DNA of 64,000 nt from Selaginella moellendorffii (taxonomy: Eukaryota; Plantae; Lycopodiophyta): assembly GCF_000143415.4 (NCBI RefSeq), contig NW_003314386.1, positions 367,579 to 431,578 of the forward strand, given 5' to 3'. A program made the position numbers and the translations under genes. Under the pieces are notes generated by a model. The model made no database searches. It was not told the origin of the DNA and saw nothing but the letters and a program-made list of their open reading frames with translations. Positions 24,542 through 35,784 of this stretch are shown here, one piece after another (position 1 is the stretch's first letter; each line of letters opens with the position of its first letter).

Positions 24542-27344
24542 AAGTTTTTCTAAGAATTTCTTCCAAAAAAGTCATTTTTGTGAATTTAAGTTGGTCATCG
24601 GGTTGGGTGACTTCGTAGGAAGTACAGTTTTTTAAATGAATTTTATCAGAGAAAAGCAATATAACTTTTTGTGACATTGGTTTGGCATATATCCAGTTTG
24701 TTTTTATCCATGATTGTTCTCAACACCCACCCGAAGAGCCAGAGACATAAGAAATGTCGATGTCTGGAGATACAAAAAAAACCAAGCAAATAAAGTTAGT
24801 AACTATAAATAGGACAAATATGCCAAATTGATTGTTAGTATTTGCTTTGAACCTCTTCACGAAGTCATTCTCAAAGGTTGGGAGCACTTTTCTTCACACC
24901 ACAAAGCCTCTTCCACAGCGTATAAATTTTACTACTGCTGCTACAAAGCTTGATGTAAAACCTAATCAACCATCAGCCTTTCTTCAGATCATCTTGGAAA
25001 GGAGATTCTTTGCTACAAAGAAGAAAAGACCAATCAAGGATGCCCCATATCACACAAGATTAACTAGCATCTTATAAAAAATCGCCTGGACTAGCACAGA
25101 TTCTATACATTAGGGCATGTTGCAATTGAAATATGCATTCAAGCCATAATAATTGAGAGATGCATGCAGAGGAGAGAGATTCTCACAATTAAAAAATAAA
25201 AAATTACACTTAGTATGATGAAAAAAAAACTAGAGTTATACTCATGGATATATAGCATATCCCATAACAAAAATATTATGCACACAAACACGCATAATAT
25301 TTTTGCATACAACTTTAAACAAATATATATATTCGTACATGTGTAAATATATAATACTCTCATACATAATCATTGCCATATTTATTTGATTTCAAAATAT
25401 TTATAGTGGATATAAATACTATTAAGTGATTGATAATTGTAACTCTGTTATTTCCAGCCCGTTCTGGCCAGATCCAGTTCCTAAACTAAAAAAGAATCCA
25501 CCATCACCAACAGCATGAAAACCATGCTCCATATGATTAGAAAAATGGGATTGATGGCGCTCTTTCAACACTAATTAGACCATACTTTTTCTAATCAGGC
25601 AGTTTTATTCACGCGCTTAAAGATCAATTTACTCCTGGAACATGAAGCGCAGCCCTTTGCGACGGCAAGTGCATCGCTCACGTCCTTGAAAGCCACTGCC
25701 GGGACGACAAACACAAGAACACAGACGAAAGCTAAAAGCCGATTATATAGAAACAAAAATTCCTTTCTCGGCGCTTACCTGGACAATCCGCAGACCTCTG
25801 GTGGTAGCGAAGCCCATCTAAAGAACAGAGAAAGAATGAAGAAGGCACATTTTTTATCTGGCCAGATGCCAAAGTTGCCGTGAGCCTGACAAGAGAGAGA
25901 ATGCGTCGCTTGAGGTAAGCTTGCCACCTCTGGGAGCCCCCTGACGCTCTTGATCGCTATAAGAGGAATTGGTGATTGGTTTCTTTATCTTTGCACGATG
26001 CACCTTCCAGTCCCCTTGCAAACTTCAGCATTGTCCCCTTGCATCCAGGCAGCAACACCATGTGGTGGTGAGGATGCGCATTTCCGATGGATTGATCGGC
26101 AGCGCGATTGAAGTAAACGCATTTCTTTCCGCCCAGGATAGTAGCCTGGAGCGAGGATCACGCTCGAGAAGAACAGCGGGAACACGGGAAGATAAGTTAT
26201 CGGGCCAGCAATCCTTATGTTCGTACTTCTCATCGGTGCCACAGCACACACAGGACCGTGACGTGAGCTCAAAGCAGTGTGATATGATGAACATTCCAGA
26301 CATGACAATCACAAGAGACAACTCGATTGTCTTTTTCTTTTTCCGAGTCCTCGAGTTCTTAACGTCTTTCCTTTTTTCGATCTAGTTTCCTTCAATCAAT
26401 TGCGTCTGCTTTGACTGATTTGAGTCCTTTTTGTGTTTGATCCAGATTGGGAACCCAAGTTTTGGAATCGATGCTGACTGATGCAGCAACTAATGCCCAG
26501 TTTAGTAGAGAATAAAGGAGAGGCATATTTGCGCGGAATATTCGTGCAGCCACAGTGTTTTCTGTTGCCTTTGGAAACGTGGACTTGGGCTACGCTGCGG
26601 TATAATAAAGGAATGGTGTGCTTCTTTAAAATCTAGTCCTTGTGCATACAATGTCCATAGCACCATAATTCACTTAGCAATTGATCAAACAAATTCGTTT
26701 CTTAAACCATATCAGCTAAAGGTAACTTCAATTTCCGTTCCCTAAAAGATATGCGCAAAAGCACGGGCATTGGAAGAGGTCCTTCTTCTTAGATCCCTTC
26801 CCTCTTGTCGCAATTAGATGGAAAGAAGCAGTAGATAAGACTATATGGTATCTGTGTGATCCAGTTAGCATCTCTTTGATGCAAATCCCACAAAGAACAT
26901 CTCCTGGCCCACGATGATCACAGGCTATGCAATGCATGCTCGAGAGAAAAAACGAGATTGCATAACAACTCCTGCCTGAAATCTCCCATTTGACTTGTTT
27001 GACGTTATACAGACCTTGACGATGGGACCAACGTGTACGAAGCAATGACCACTGGCCCAATCGCTACCTCGCCAACCCGCTCGTCCAGATGTACGGAAGG
27101 TGTGGCCCGGGCCGGTGAAGTGGCTCATCGATTGGATCTTAGTGTATGGGACCATCGCATGGAGTATGAGAGCGACGACTCTCACCGACTATGTCAAGAA
27201 CATGCTCACACTGGAATAGCCCTAAGAAAGAAAAAGAATAAACAAAAAATAACTGAAAAAAAACACTGATAAAGGTGTTTATTTCCTTAAATCGTCGTTC
27301 CCTTTTCTTATGTTGTATATAATTCTAGGGAAGGGAAGAGAAGG

Positions 27345-27869
27345 ATGGCAATGGGTAAACGGGCGGCAGCGAGGGCGGCGATAGTATTCTTGGTGCTTGT
27401 CGTGACGCAGGCATGCGGACGTGATTACTGCTCTCTCCGCCAGGCGCGCGGCTGCGGGAACGGCACTGTTGAGGTCGAGCATGCTATGAGCGCGCACAAG
27501 TGCTTCATAGCCGATACGGTTGTAGCTGCCACGCTCACAGATGTGCGCCGCCTCCCCAACTCGTATCTCATCCTTTTGGAGATGCCGGGCGTGACGAGCA
27601 GCAGCGATGTCAAGGTGGCGGTCTCGGGCTCTCAATTCCATCGAGTCGTGTCCATCGTTGGGATCTCTCACGAGGCGAAAGAGCGTCGCATCCTCAGGGA
27701 TCGTGGCGCCTTCACCAAGATGTTTGCGCGAGAGTTTGTGCTCCCCGATGCAGTGGACGCGGAGAGGATAAGCTACCAGCTTCGCAGTGGTCTCTTGCGG
27801 GTGACGCTGCCGCTTGTCCCAGGGCTGGAGCAGCAAGAGCAGCGAGAACAAGTTGTGGAGGAGGAGTAA
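27345..27869 (+). CDS. Signal-peptide HSP20/alpha-crystallin protein, truncated copy (one ACD) - copy 1
   Basis: Near-identical to the first 174 aa of 29182-30246; similarity breaks at ...GAGTA, creating a stop; TATATAA upstream. Confidence 0.8.
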   Translation: MAMGKRAAARAAIVFLVLVVTQACGRDYCSLRQARGCGNGTVEVEHAMSAHKCFIADTVVAATLTDVRRLPNSYLILLEMPGVTSSSDVKVAVSGSQFHRVVSIVGISHEAKERRILRDRGAFTKMFAREFVLPDAVDAERISYQLRSGLLRVTLPLVPGLEQQEQREQVVEEE

Positions 27870-28071
27870 CAGATGGGTGAGGTCGAGATATTATTTCACG
27901 GAAATTAAGTAGTTAACTGGGATAGGAAATGTTCATAGACATAAATGTACATTTTGGGGAGTGAAGTTTGCTCCACCGGCATATGTAACCTCTTAACCAG
28001 GGTATTTAAATGCCTAATGCCGCTGTTCTAAGCGCTGCCAAAGATCGAGGAGCGGGAAGCAACGTTCCCGT

Positions 28072-28600
28072 GCGCTCTCATGGCGCTGACGAGCAACAAG
28101 CGAGGGGACATGGACAAGATTTACGAGCTTCGGGACACGGGATATGTTTGATGAGATGCTCGTTTTGATGGAGTCTTACGCAGCTCCAATTCTCCAAGGT
28201 AAAATGATTCTTGAGCTTCAATCATTCGCAGGAGTTTTACGAGACTAAAGCAGCGGCGTGTTGTTCGTGTTGTCTTGGGAAAACATTGCTATGACAGTTT
28301 CGGAAGATCACGACCTTTGCTGGAGGAAATTGTAACAGCGCAGCTCTTGGTAAGCGTTGAGCTTTCCTTTTACGTAGCAGCTTTTCTATGATAATTGTCA
28401 ACGAGGTCTGCTTTAGTAGATTGGAGATGAGACTTTCATCTTATGGCGATGAGGCATTCAGAAGCTTCTGGAGCTCTGATCATGCAAGTGTTTTAAGCTT
28501 TCTTTGGTGTTTGCTCAGGTACTTAAAGTCTTTTTGCAAGTGTTTTCTCACCTTTCTTGGTTCCAAATTTTACCTCGCTTTGCCACTGGTATGTATGTCT
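28072..28600 (+). pseudogene. Chimeric EF-Tu fragment plus scrambled MATE exon/intron fragments
   Basis: 28072-28140 matches EF-Tu ~2860-2945 ([20 protein letters not shown]); 28155-28360 matches MATE ~57670-57742 then ~57172-57386. Confidence 0.8.
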
Positions 28601-28604
28601 CTTT

Positions 28605-28696
28605 GCGGCTACAAGCGCGTCCAGGAGAGATTTCTCGAGAAACACATGTCCGAGAGAATAGGAAGAGTCCTCAAGGAAGAGCTGCAGCAGCAGTGA
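28605..28696 (+). pseudogene. GT4 glycosyltransferase C-terminal fragment
   Basis: GYKRVQERFLEKHMSERIGRVLKE; related to 40890-40935. Confidence 0.6.
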
Positions 28697-28779
28697 CAGC
28701 CTCTTCCTTTTCGATTCGTGCCACAGATATTGGACAGCAGCACATCTCCGGACTTATGACTGATGCCTGGTTTGCAGCG

Positions 28780-29053
28780 TGCTTGGCGAGCTGGATATCA
28801 CTTTGCATGATCCGAGGAGTGTTTGCCACGCCAAGCTCAGCTGTCGGGCGTCTTGCTGCTGCCCGGCTCTTGCGAAGAATCGACCATGCAGTAGAAGAGG
28901 TTGGATCAGTCGGATCTCATCTGATAGACCTCTCTCCCTCGAGCTGCATCGACTGGAAGAGCGAGATAGCCGGGTTCCTGTTGGCCATGGCCTCGAAAGT
29001 TCTCTCATCATCGAGAAGAAATCCTGGAAGCATATTCGAAGAGCAAGCTGTAA
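28780..29053 (+). pseudogene. Degenerate C-terminal fragment ending in peroxisomal SKL (possibly GST-like)
   Basis: HAVEEVG..HLIDL..WKSEIA..WPRKFSHHREEILEAYSKSKL*; paralogous pieces at 41107-41283 (-) and 51262-51422 (+). Confidence 0.4.
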
Positions 29054-29181
29054 ACATTTATGAGGTCTGCAATAATAAACTTCAACAAATAACTTTTATA
29101 AAACTAAGAAGCAGCAATTTAAATGTGATTTTGATTCTTGATTATGATGAAGGTTTTACAGCGTATACTGTGTCTACATAT

Positions 29182-30246
29182 TTACCTGAAACAATACTTC
29201 GCCCTCATCCTCCCAAACTGAACACCTTGGCATATGAAATGCTCTAACGCTTTATTCCATAGGCCCGCTATCCTTTGCCCGAGGCTTGGAACATGTTTGG
29301 GTAGCGTCACCTTGAGAAGCCCATCACTGAGATGATATGTTGCCACATCCTGCACGACACCGCGGGGGAAGTAAAGCCTGCGAGCAAACACTTTGGTGCT
29401 CGCTCCGCCCCGCTCCACTCTCACCGCTTCTCCGCCATCATCTTCGTCTCGAGCAACGCCAGTGATCTCGAGCACAAAGCCCGACTTGTCCTCCACCCAA
29501 GCGATGTCCACGGTGGCCAACTGCGCGCCTGGCATCTCCGCGACGACCACATACGAGCCTGGACGATCCAAGATGTCCACCAATGGAGAGATGGTGACGA
29601 CGCTTGAGTCGTCACCACAATCATCTGCGTCGTTGGAGGCGAGAGCTTCAGGCCGAATGAGCCCGGCCGCGTCTGAAATGGTGCACGAGGCCGGAGGAAC
29701 ACGCGCGGCAGGCACCGCAAGGTACTCCTCCTCCTCCACAACTTGTTGTCGCTGCTCTCGCCCTGTTTGCTCCAGCCCTGGGACAAGCGGCAGCGTCACC
29801 CGCAAGAGACCACTGTGAAGCTGGTAGCTTATCCTTTCCGCGTCCACTGCATCGGGGAGCACAAACTCTCGCGCAAACATCTTGGTGAAGGCACCACGAT
29901 CCCTGAGGATGCGACGCTCTTTCGCCTCGTGAGAGATCCCAACGATAGACACGACTCGATGGAATTGAGAGCCCGAGACCGCCACCTTGACATCGCTGCT
30001 GCTCGTCACGCCCGGCATCTCCAAAAGGATGAGATACGAGTTGGGGAGGCGGCGCACATCTGTGAGCGTGGCAGCTACAACCGTGTCGGCTATGAAGCAC
30101 TTGTGCGCGCTCATAGCGTGCTCTACCTCAACCGTGCTGTTGCCGCAGCCGCGCGCCTGGCGGAGAGAGCAGTAATCACGGCCGCACGCCTGCGCCGCGA
30201 CAAGCACCAAGAATACCATCGCCACCCTCGCTGCTGCCATCGCCAT
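29182..30246 (-). CDS. Signal-peptide tandem double alpha-crystallin-domain (HSP20-like) protein - copy 2, intact
   Basis: 354 aa intronless; hydrophobic leader MVFLVLVAAQAC; ACD1 DV..SYLILLEMPGV..FAREFVLPDAVD..GLLRVTLP; ACD2 VDI..YVVVAEMPGA..VERG..FARRLYFP..DGLLKVTLPK. Confidence 0.9.
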   Translation of the reverse strand: MAMAAARVAMVFLVLVAAQACGRDYCSLRQARGCGNSTVEVEHAMSAHKCFIADTVVAATLTDVRRLPNSYLILLEMPGVTSSSDVKVAVSGSQFHRVVSIVGISHEAKERRILRDRGAFTKMFAREFVLPDAVDAERISYQLHSGLLRVTLPLVPGLEQTGREQRQQVVEEEEYLAVPAARVPPASCTISDAAGLIRPEALASNDADDCGDDSSVVTISPLVDILDRPGSYVVVAEMPGAQLATVDIAWVEDKSGFVLEITGVARDEDDGGEAVRVERGGASTKVFARRLYFPRGVVQDVATYHLSDGLLKVTLPKHVPSLGQRIAGLWNKALEHFICQGVQFGRMRAKYCFR

Positions 30247-30282
30247 TCTTCACCCTTCTCTGCCCTAGCAACTGGACTAGGA

Positions 30283-30321
30283 CTTATATACAAGAAAAGA
30301 AAAGGTATGAGCTCCCACGTG
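30283..30321 (-). promoter_or_regulatory. TATA box and G-box of double-ACD copy 2
   Basis: TATATAA ~30284-30290 and CACGTG 30316-30321; same arrangement at 42421-42458 and ~52569-52606. Confidence 0.6.
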
Positions 30322-31264
30322 GAAGGATTCGATAGCTCAAGAATTCTGAGAGTCGATCAAGGGTCAAAAACATCAAGTTAAACTAGAAACAGATCCTCAC
30401 CATCTTCGTCTCCTGTTTTTGTCGACTCTTTCTTCGCTAGCGGAGAAAAAATAAATTGAAGAACGTGGTTTTCTTAATGCTCTAATCAGGAGGTGTTTAG
30501 GAAAATTTATAAATTATTAAAAAAATTAATTTAAATGAATGCCACCCAAAAGATATACTAATGCTATTCCTTTTTGGTTTGCTTAAGCAAACACTGAGTG
30601 GATATACCTACAATATTCTTGAATATTCTAGGATATTCTACCAGCTAAAGGTTGTTATTCATTTCGATTAATTTTGTATTTATAATTTATAAGCATGTTT
30701 ATAATTTATAAACTTTCTGAAACCTTTTCTTATATATTATTTTTATTTATTAATCTTGTTTACAAACATACTTATAATTATAATCTTTATTTGATCAATT
30801 GAATTAATAAGTAATAATAACACTACTATTTAACAAACTAAATGTTGCTACATGCAACCTGTAGCAATTAAGCGCTGCCGGAATAAAGACTTGCCACCCT
30901 TTGTGAATTTGCCCCCAGCGCAATTGTCCGGATTTCTTCGTCCAAATGCACATCCTCATCAGCCAGGAGAGTGCCGCGATGCTGAAATTTGCAAGGGGAA
31001 TGGAAGGTGCTCGTCCAAAGATAAAGAAGCCGATCACACCGATCCTCTACCCAGCGATCAAGGGCTGGAGTGCGCACGATTAACTTTGACCCGGTCCTCG
31101 GTCTCGGTTTTGCTCGAGAGCGTCTTTTGACTGACTGACTGCTTGTGGAGCCATCAAGAACTCATAAATCTCTCCCTCCATACTTAGGATCGAAAGAGAA
31201 GAGTTACCATTCCCGGTTCGAGTTGATCAATCTCGCTTGCGACCCTGGAAACGACGACGCACTC

Positions 31265-31978
31265 GATGGAAAAGAATATTGCTTCTTTCCAGGAAGAACT
31301 GGGTCTCATTGGATCAGAGCAGATGAGCTCCATTTATGGAGCTCGTCCTCTTCGGTCCCTTCTCTGTTTTACACGACCACAGCCAGGAATATCCAACTGC
31401 GCTCACTTTTGTTCGCTCTTCTTCTTCTCTTTGCGATGACAAAGCCAAAACTTGCTCCTAGGCGGTGGGGAGGGGGACTTGGACATTAGTTGCTTCACCG
31501 TGCTGGTAAGTCAGCGTCGATTCCAAACACAAAAAAGAGAGCTTTCTTTTTGGTGCAAACATCTCTCGTTGATCAGCTGCTTTGCACACCGCTGCTTCTC
31601 AATCACACTCGTCCTCCATAACCACGTCCTGTCACCCCGATACAAGAAAGGTGAAGTTAGACGAAGAGAAACTAAAGACATGTCTTCCTGTCCTCGGGCA
31701 AACTTTCCATGCCTAGAAAAATTGTTGTTGTCCAAGCAATATCTCTCAGTCACTGAAGTTCTCAAAAGGAAATCTCTTCTCTAAAAGAAAAAACCACAGA
31801 CTTACCACTGGCAATGCGTCAATAGAGACTGTAGAGCGGCCGGGTGTTATAGTTTGCCGGCGTGCAAATTGCCGCTAGTCTGGCCATACACCGTGAAAAA
31901 TCTCTAGCTACATTCCAATGCAAATCCCATCTATGGCGACTTACCAGGTCGGCGTCCTCGAGCCGCGAATCGTGATCC
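31265..31978 (-). pseudogene. Deletion-condensed inverted copy of the AXS gene and its 3' flank
   Basis: Reverse complement matches blocks of 59985-60210 (with intron), ~60400-60630, 61505-61587 and 61680-62090, with many internal deletions. Confidence 0.85.
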
Positions 31979-32052
31979 TTTGGACAGGCAATCGAATATT
32001 CTTGCTACTTGAAACCAGAGTTTTAGGGTTTTACGCCTGGGAACTTAGAAGC

Positions 32053-32475
32053 ATGGCGCTATGGAAGATCGCGGGAGGTAGTTGGAAGTCTTTTGCTTTG
32101 CGAGTTGCTGGTGTTGCTGGTGTTGCTGGCGCTGGAGTTGCCATGTACTACGGGGCTCCTAAGCTCGCATCATGTGTGGGAGAGAGCGTGATCTTGGGAA
32201 GCCAGGTGATCGGCCAGACAATGAACAAGGCTGGAGAGAGCATGGAGCGGATCTTTCAAGCTGGAGCAAGCTCTGTGGAGAAAGTGGTGCGCGTCGGGGC
32301 CGAAGCGGTCAGTGATGGGGTCAAGGAAAGCTCCAAATCCGGCTCGGAAGCAGTGAAAGAGGCCGCGACCACTCTCGGATCGTCTTTGGAGAATGCTGCC
32401 TCCAACGTAGGCCTTGGACTCGCTGTGGCCGGACTCTTCATCGGAGCTGGGCTCGTCTTTGGGGGAAAGAAATGA
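32053..32475 (+). CDS. Unknown 140-aa protein with 11-residue amphipathic repeats and hydrophobic termini
   Basis: Clean intronless ORF from ATG 32053, TAGGGTTT telo-box upstream; hendecad periodicity; Gly-rich hydrophobic segments near both ends. Confidence 0.65.
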   Translation: MALWKIAGGSWKSFALRVAGVAGVAGAGVAMYYGAPKLASCVGESVILGSQVIGQTMNKAGESMERIFQAGASSVEKVVRVGAEAVSDGVKESSKSGSEAVKEAATTLGSSLENAASNVGLGLAVAGLFIGAGLVFGGKK

Positions 32476-32620
32476 TCGTGCCTTTCCCTTCCTCTTCTCT
32501 TTGTTTCTCTTCATCGGAGCTTTTGGGGAAAGGAATGATCGTGTCTTTCCCCTCCCTTTGTTTCCCTTCGTCGGATCTTTGGGGGATAGAAGTGCTCGTG
32601 CCTTTCCCCTCCTCCTCCTC
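32461..32620 (+). repeat. Three degenerate ~60-bp tandem repeats overlapping the stop of the 11-mer gene
   Basis: GGGGAAAGAAATGATCGTGCCTTTCCC-like unit at ~32461, 32525, 32581. Confidence 0.75.
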
Positions 32621-33049
32621 TTTCTCTAAAGCTCAAAGCTTGGAGCTTTCCTGCCTTCTCCTCTCAATGCCCTGAGAACGAGATTCCTCGAGCTCTTGTT
32701 CGTTCTCATGTAATTTTGCTAGAGCATCAAACGAATCGAAGTTTTTGGTATGAAATTGGTCTTGTCTTGTAAAGTTGTATGGAGACGATTACTTGTGTCT
32801 TAAGATTACTGGATCACACAGATAAACGACTGGCAGGTTTGAATTTGCTCAGCCAGAGAACGGAAGTCGTGAAAAGTTTTCGAATTCCCGATTTTCCATG
32901 CTAGTTTCTCTCAACCTGGGGGAACGAAGTTAGAAATGAACGACCAAAGCTTCGGTACCTCTCCGAGCTCGTTTTGTTTCTCTGTAACGCCCGACTTCCA
33001 CGCTATAGACAATAGCCCCAACCCAAAGAAAATATACAAAGGAAAAATG

Positions 33050-33553
33050 AAACATACATACCAGTGGCAAACCTGTTAGCAAAAGAATGGAAGTACCTGA
33101 GCAAACACCAAAGAAAGCTTAGAACACTTACCAAAGACTCGTCTCCAATCTACCAAAGCAGCAACCATTAGACCTCGCTGACAATTATCATAGAAAAACT
33201 TCTACGTAAAAGGAAAGCTCAAAGCTTACCAAGAGCTCCGCAGCTACAATTTCCTCCAGTCATGATGAGCCGAAACTGTCGTAGCAATGTTTTCCCCCAG
33301 ACAACACGAACAACGCTGGAAGAACCATCCGCCGCTGCTTTAGTCTCGTAAAACTCCTGCGAATGATTGAAGAATCATTTTACCTTGGAGAAGAGGCGGG
33401 TAAAACTCCATCAAAACGAGCATCCCTCAAAGATATCACGAGATAGAAACTTTGCTGCTTAGAAGCCGCGTCCCAAAGCTCGTAAAGCTTGTTCATGTCC
33501 CCTCGCTTGATCTCCTTGCTGCTCGTCAGCGCCATGAGAGCGATCCAGACACG
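33050..33553 (-). pseudogene. Second EF-Tu/MATE chimeric cassette (inverted relative to 28072-28600)
   Basis: 33465-33553 matches EF-Tu 2860-2963; 33225-33430 matches MATE exon 1 and exon 3 pieces. Confidence 0.8.
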
Positions 33554-33649
33554 CTGCCAGCACTCCTCGATCTTTCTGGAAGAGCAACGAACACCCCGGC
33601 ATTGGGCTTGCCCTCCATCGCTGCTGCGCTTTGACCGTACTGAGCAATA

Positions 33650-34870
33650 GCCGCGATAATCGAACATGTCCCGCGCGGGCATTCGATCGAAGAGCTTAAG
33701 CGCCACAGCAACATCCGCGATCTGGGCATATGCAGGATGATCACGCTCCAGGCAACAAGATCGCGCTCCTGCATGGAATTCTTCCACAACTACGATGGTG
33801 GCTTACGCATGAAATCTCAAGCTGTGAGTAGCCCGAGAGGTCTTCAATTCCATCCTGTTCGGGCATTCGATCGAAGACTTTCACTGCGTCATGCAAATGC
33901 CCTGCTTGGGTAAATGCTGCTAGCATCGCATTCCCCACCACGCTGTTTCTCTCGGGCATTATGCCAAACAGATGCTTCGCCTCCTCAATCCTGTTTTGGT
34001 CAGCACACCATCACAGACCATGCGACGATGTTCTTCGCGGGCCTTGAATCGAAGAGTTGCTTTGCCAGGAATAGATTCCCTGCTCGGGCATAGCACTGGT
34101 ACAGTTGCCAAGCACACGGCATTCCACTCTGGCATTCGATTTAATAGATTTCTCGCTTCGATCACTGCGACCACCTTTGTCTCTTTCAAGCCTCGAAAAG
34201 GACCGCACAACCTGATGCTCATGAAGAATTCTAAAAAAGGAAGTTTCGAGAGATTGAATGATCACACTCGAAGGAAATGGCAATTTGAGAAAAAGAGCAT
34301 ATTCCTTTTTTTTTCTTTCCTTGGGCGGAGAAAGAGAAGGCGTCAGACGAGGCGAATGATCGAATCAGTTTCACACTGGCTGCATCATCATTAGGTTGCT
34401 TGGCTAGAGCTGCAATCGATATGACAAACAATGGAGCAGTGAGTGATCATGACTAGGCTCCTCATGACAAGCTCTCTTGACGAGAATTCAGAAGGTGGCG
34501 AAAGTGGGAGCTCTAGGAGAAGGCACTCGATTGGTGCAATAGCTACTGAGTGAGAGTTCTCTTGGACGTTTTCAGGAGAGAACGCACTGGGAGATCTCGC
34601 TGAAGATTTTCTCTGCTCGAGAGAGATTTGTGAGAGCCCCACGATCATGGAGTTCCAGGAAATCGCAGTGTGGCACGGCATTGAATCTAACAGGTGCTGC
34701 GCTCGTTCCAGATCCCCCTGCTGCATGTAGATCACGAGGATCAATTTGCAGGACACCACGTCTCGCTCGGGCATTGAATCGAACAGCCGCTGGGCTTTGT
34801 TGTGATTGCCGCTCAGCAAGAACGCCGAGATCATCAAGTTCCGCAACACGAGATCCCGCTGCTTCATCTA
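33650..34870 (-). pseudogene. PLS-class PPR remnants
   Basis: FDRMPERDVVS/W, MPERNSVVGNAMLAAFTQAGHL motifs broken by frameshifts. Confidence 0.8.
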
Positions 34871-35399
34871 GCGACTGAAGATGGTCTTGGCCTTGTCTGG
34901 ATCATGTTTCAGAGTGCAGTGCTCACCAGAGGAGTGGAATCGATGATAGCTTGTGCTCGATCGACATTGCCAAGCTCGCTGTGAGCGGAAGATCAGAGAA
35001 CTCACAGACACGATATCGCCTCCTTGATCGATCCATTGTGAGAAAATCTCGCAATGAGAGTGTTCCACAACACTTAATTCTTCTCTATCATCGTGTCGAA
35101 GATCTGTCTTTCTGTTTCCAGATGCCTGGCTTAGGCATTCGCGTGAACCATAGCAGTCTAGGTAACTACATTCTATCTGAGAATGTTTCCGAAAACATTA
35201 TCGGCATCTATCAAACTATCGCTTTAAGAGTACGCCTATAACATTTTGGGCCAAGAGATCACATCTCTCTCGTCCATGGTATCAAAGAGAAGCTTCAATA
35301 CTTAAACATACCCGTTCTGGGTATATGGTGTAAGCATCGCGTTCTAGGGATTAGGAGCGATCGAAAACCAATAGTGATTTAAACTTTTATGAATGAATG

Positions 35400-35765
35400 A
35401 GACGAGACTCTCCACGAATTTCTTAAGGTTCGTATGAGAAGAACCTCCGGGAGAAGCAGCCTTCAATCTCCTGCCTTGCTCTCCCTCCATGATCGCCCTC
35501 ACTTCTCTTCCACCTCTTCTCTCGGCGCAAATCCATCCTTCCCTCCAGATCTCGAGAATTATATTCCCACGCCCTCGCCTTCCAGCACCAGCTTGGTTCG
35601 TGATTTGCTCGAACATAGAAGGCCACCCCAGCATTGGCACTCCACACGGCAACGGCTCTCGAGCATGGAGTTCCATCCCCCTGTTGATGCGTGCTGCATG
35701 ATCTCTAGCTGCGGCTCCAAGCTCACGAACAATCCTCTAGAAACCTTTGTAGAACTCCTAGAGCA
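35400..35765 (-). pseudogene. Family-1 UDP-glycosyltransferase C-terminal (PSPG box) fragment
   Basis: GWNSMLES, CGVPMLGWPSMFEQITN, SPGGSSHTNLKKFVESL. Confidence 0.8.
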
Positions 35766-35784
35766 GAGTTGTTGGTCATCCTGA

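Noticed and set aside
28504-29247. 247-aa plus-strand ORF
   Set aside because: Patchwork of unrelated fragments in mixed frames plus antisense to the ACD 3' end
30322-30350. Heat-shock element upstream of ACD genes
   Set aside because: GAA/TTC units are present but not in canonical 5-bp register
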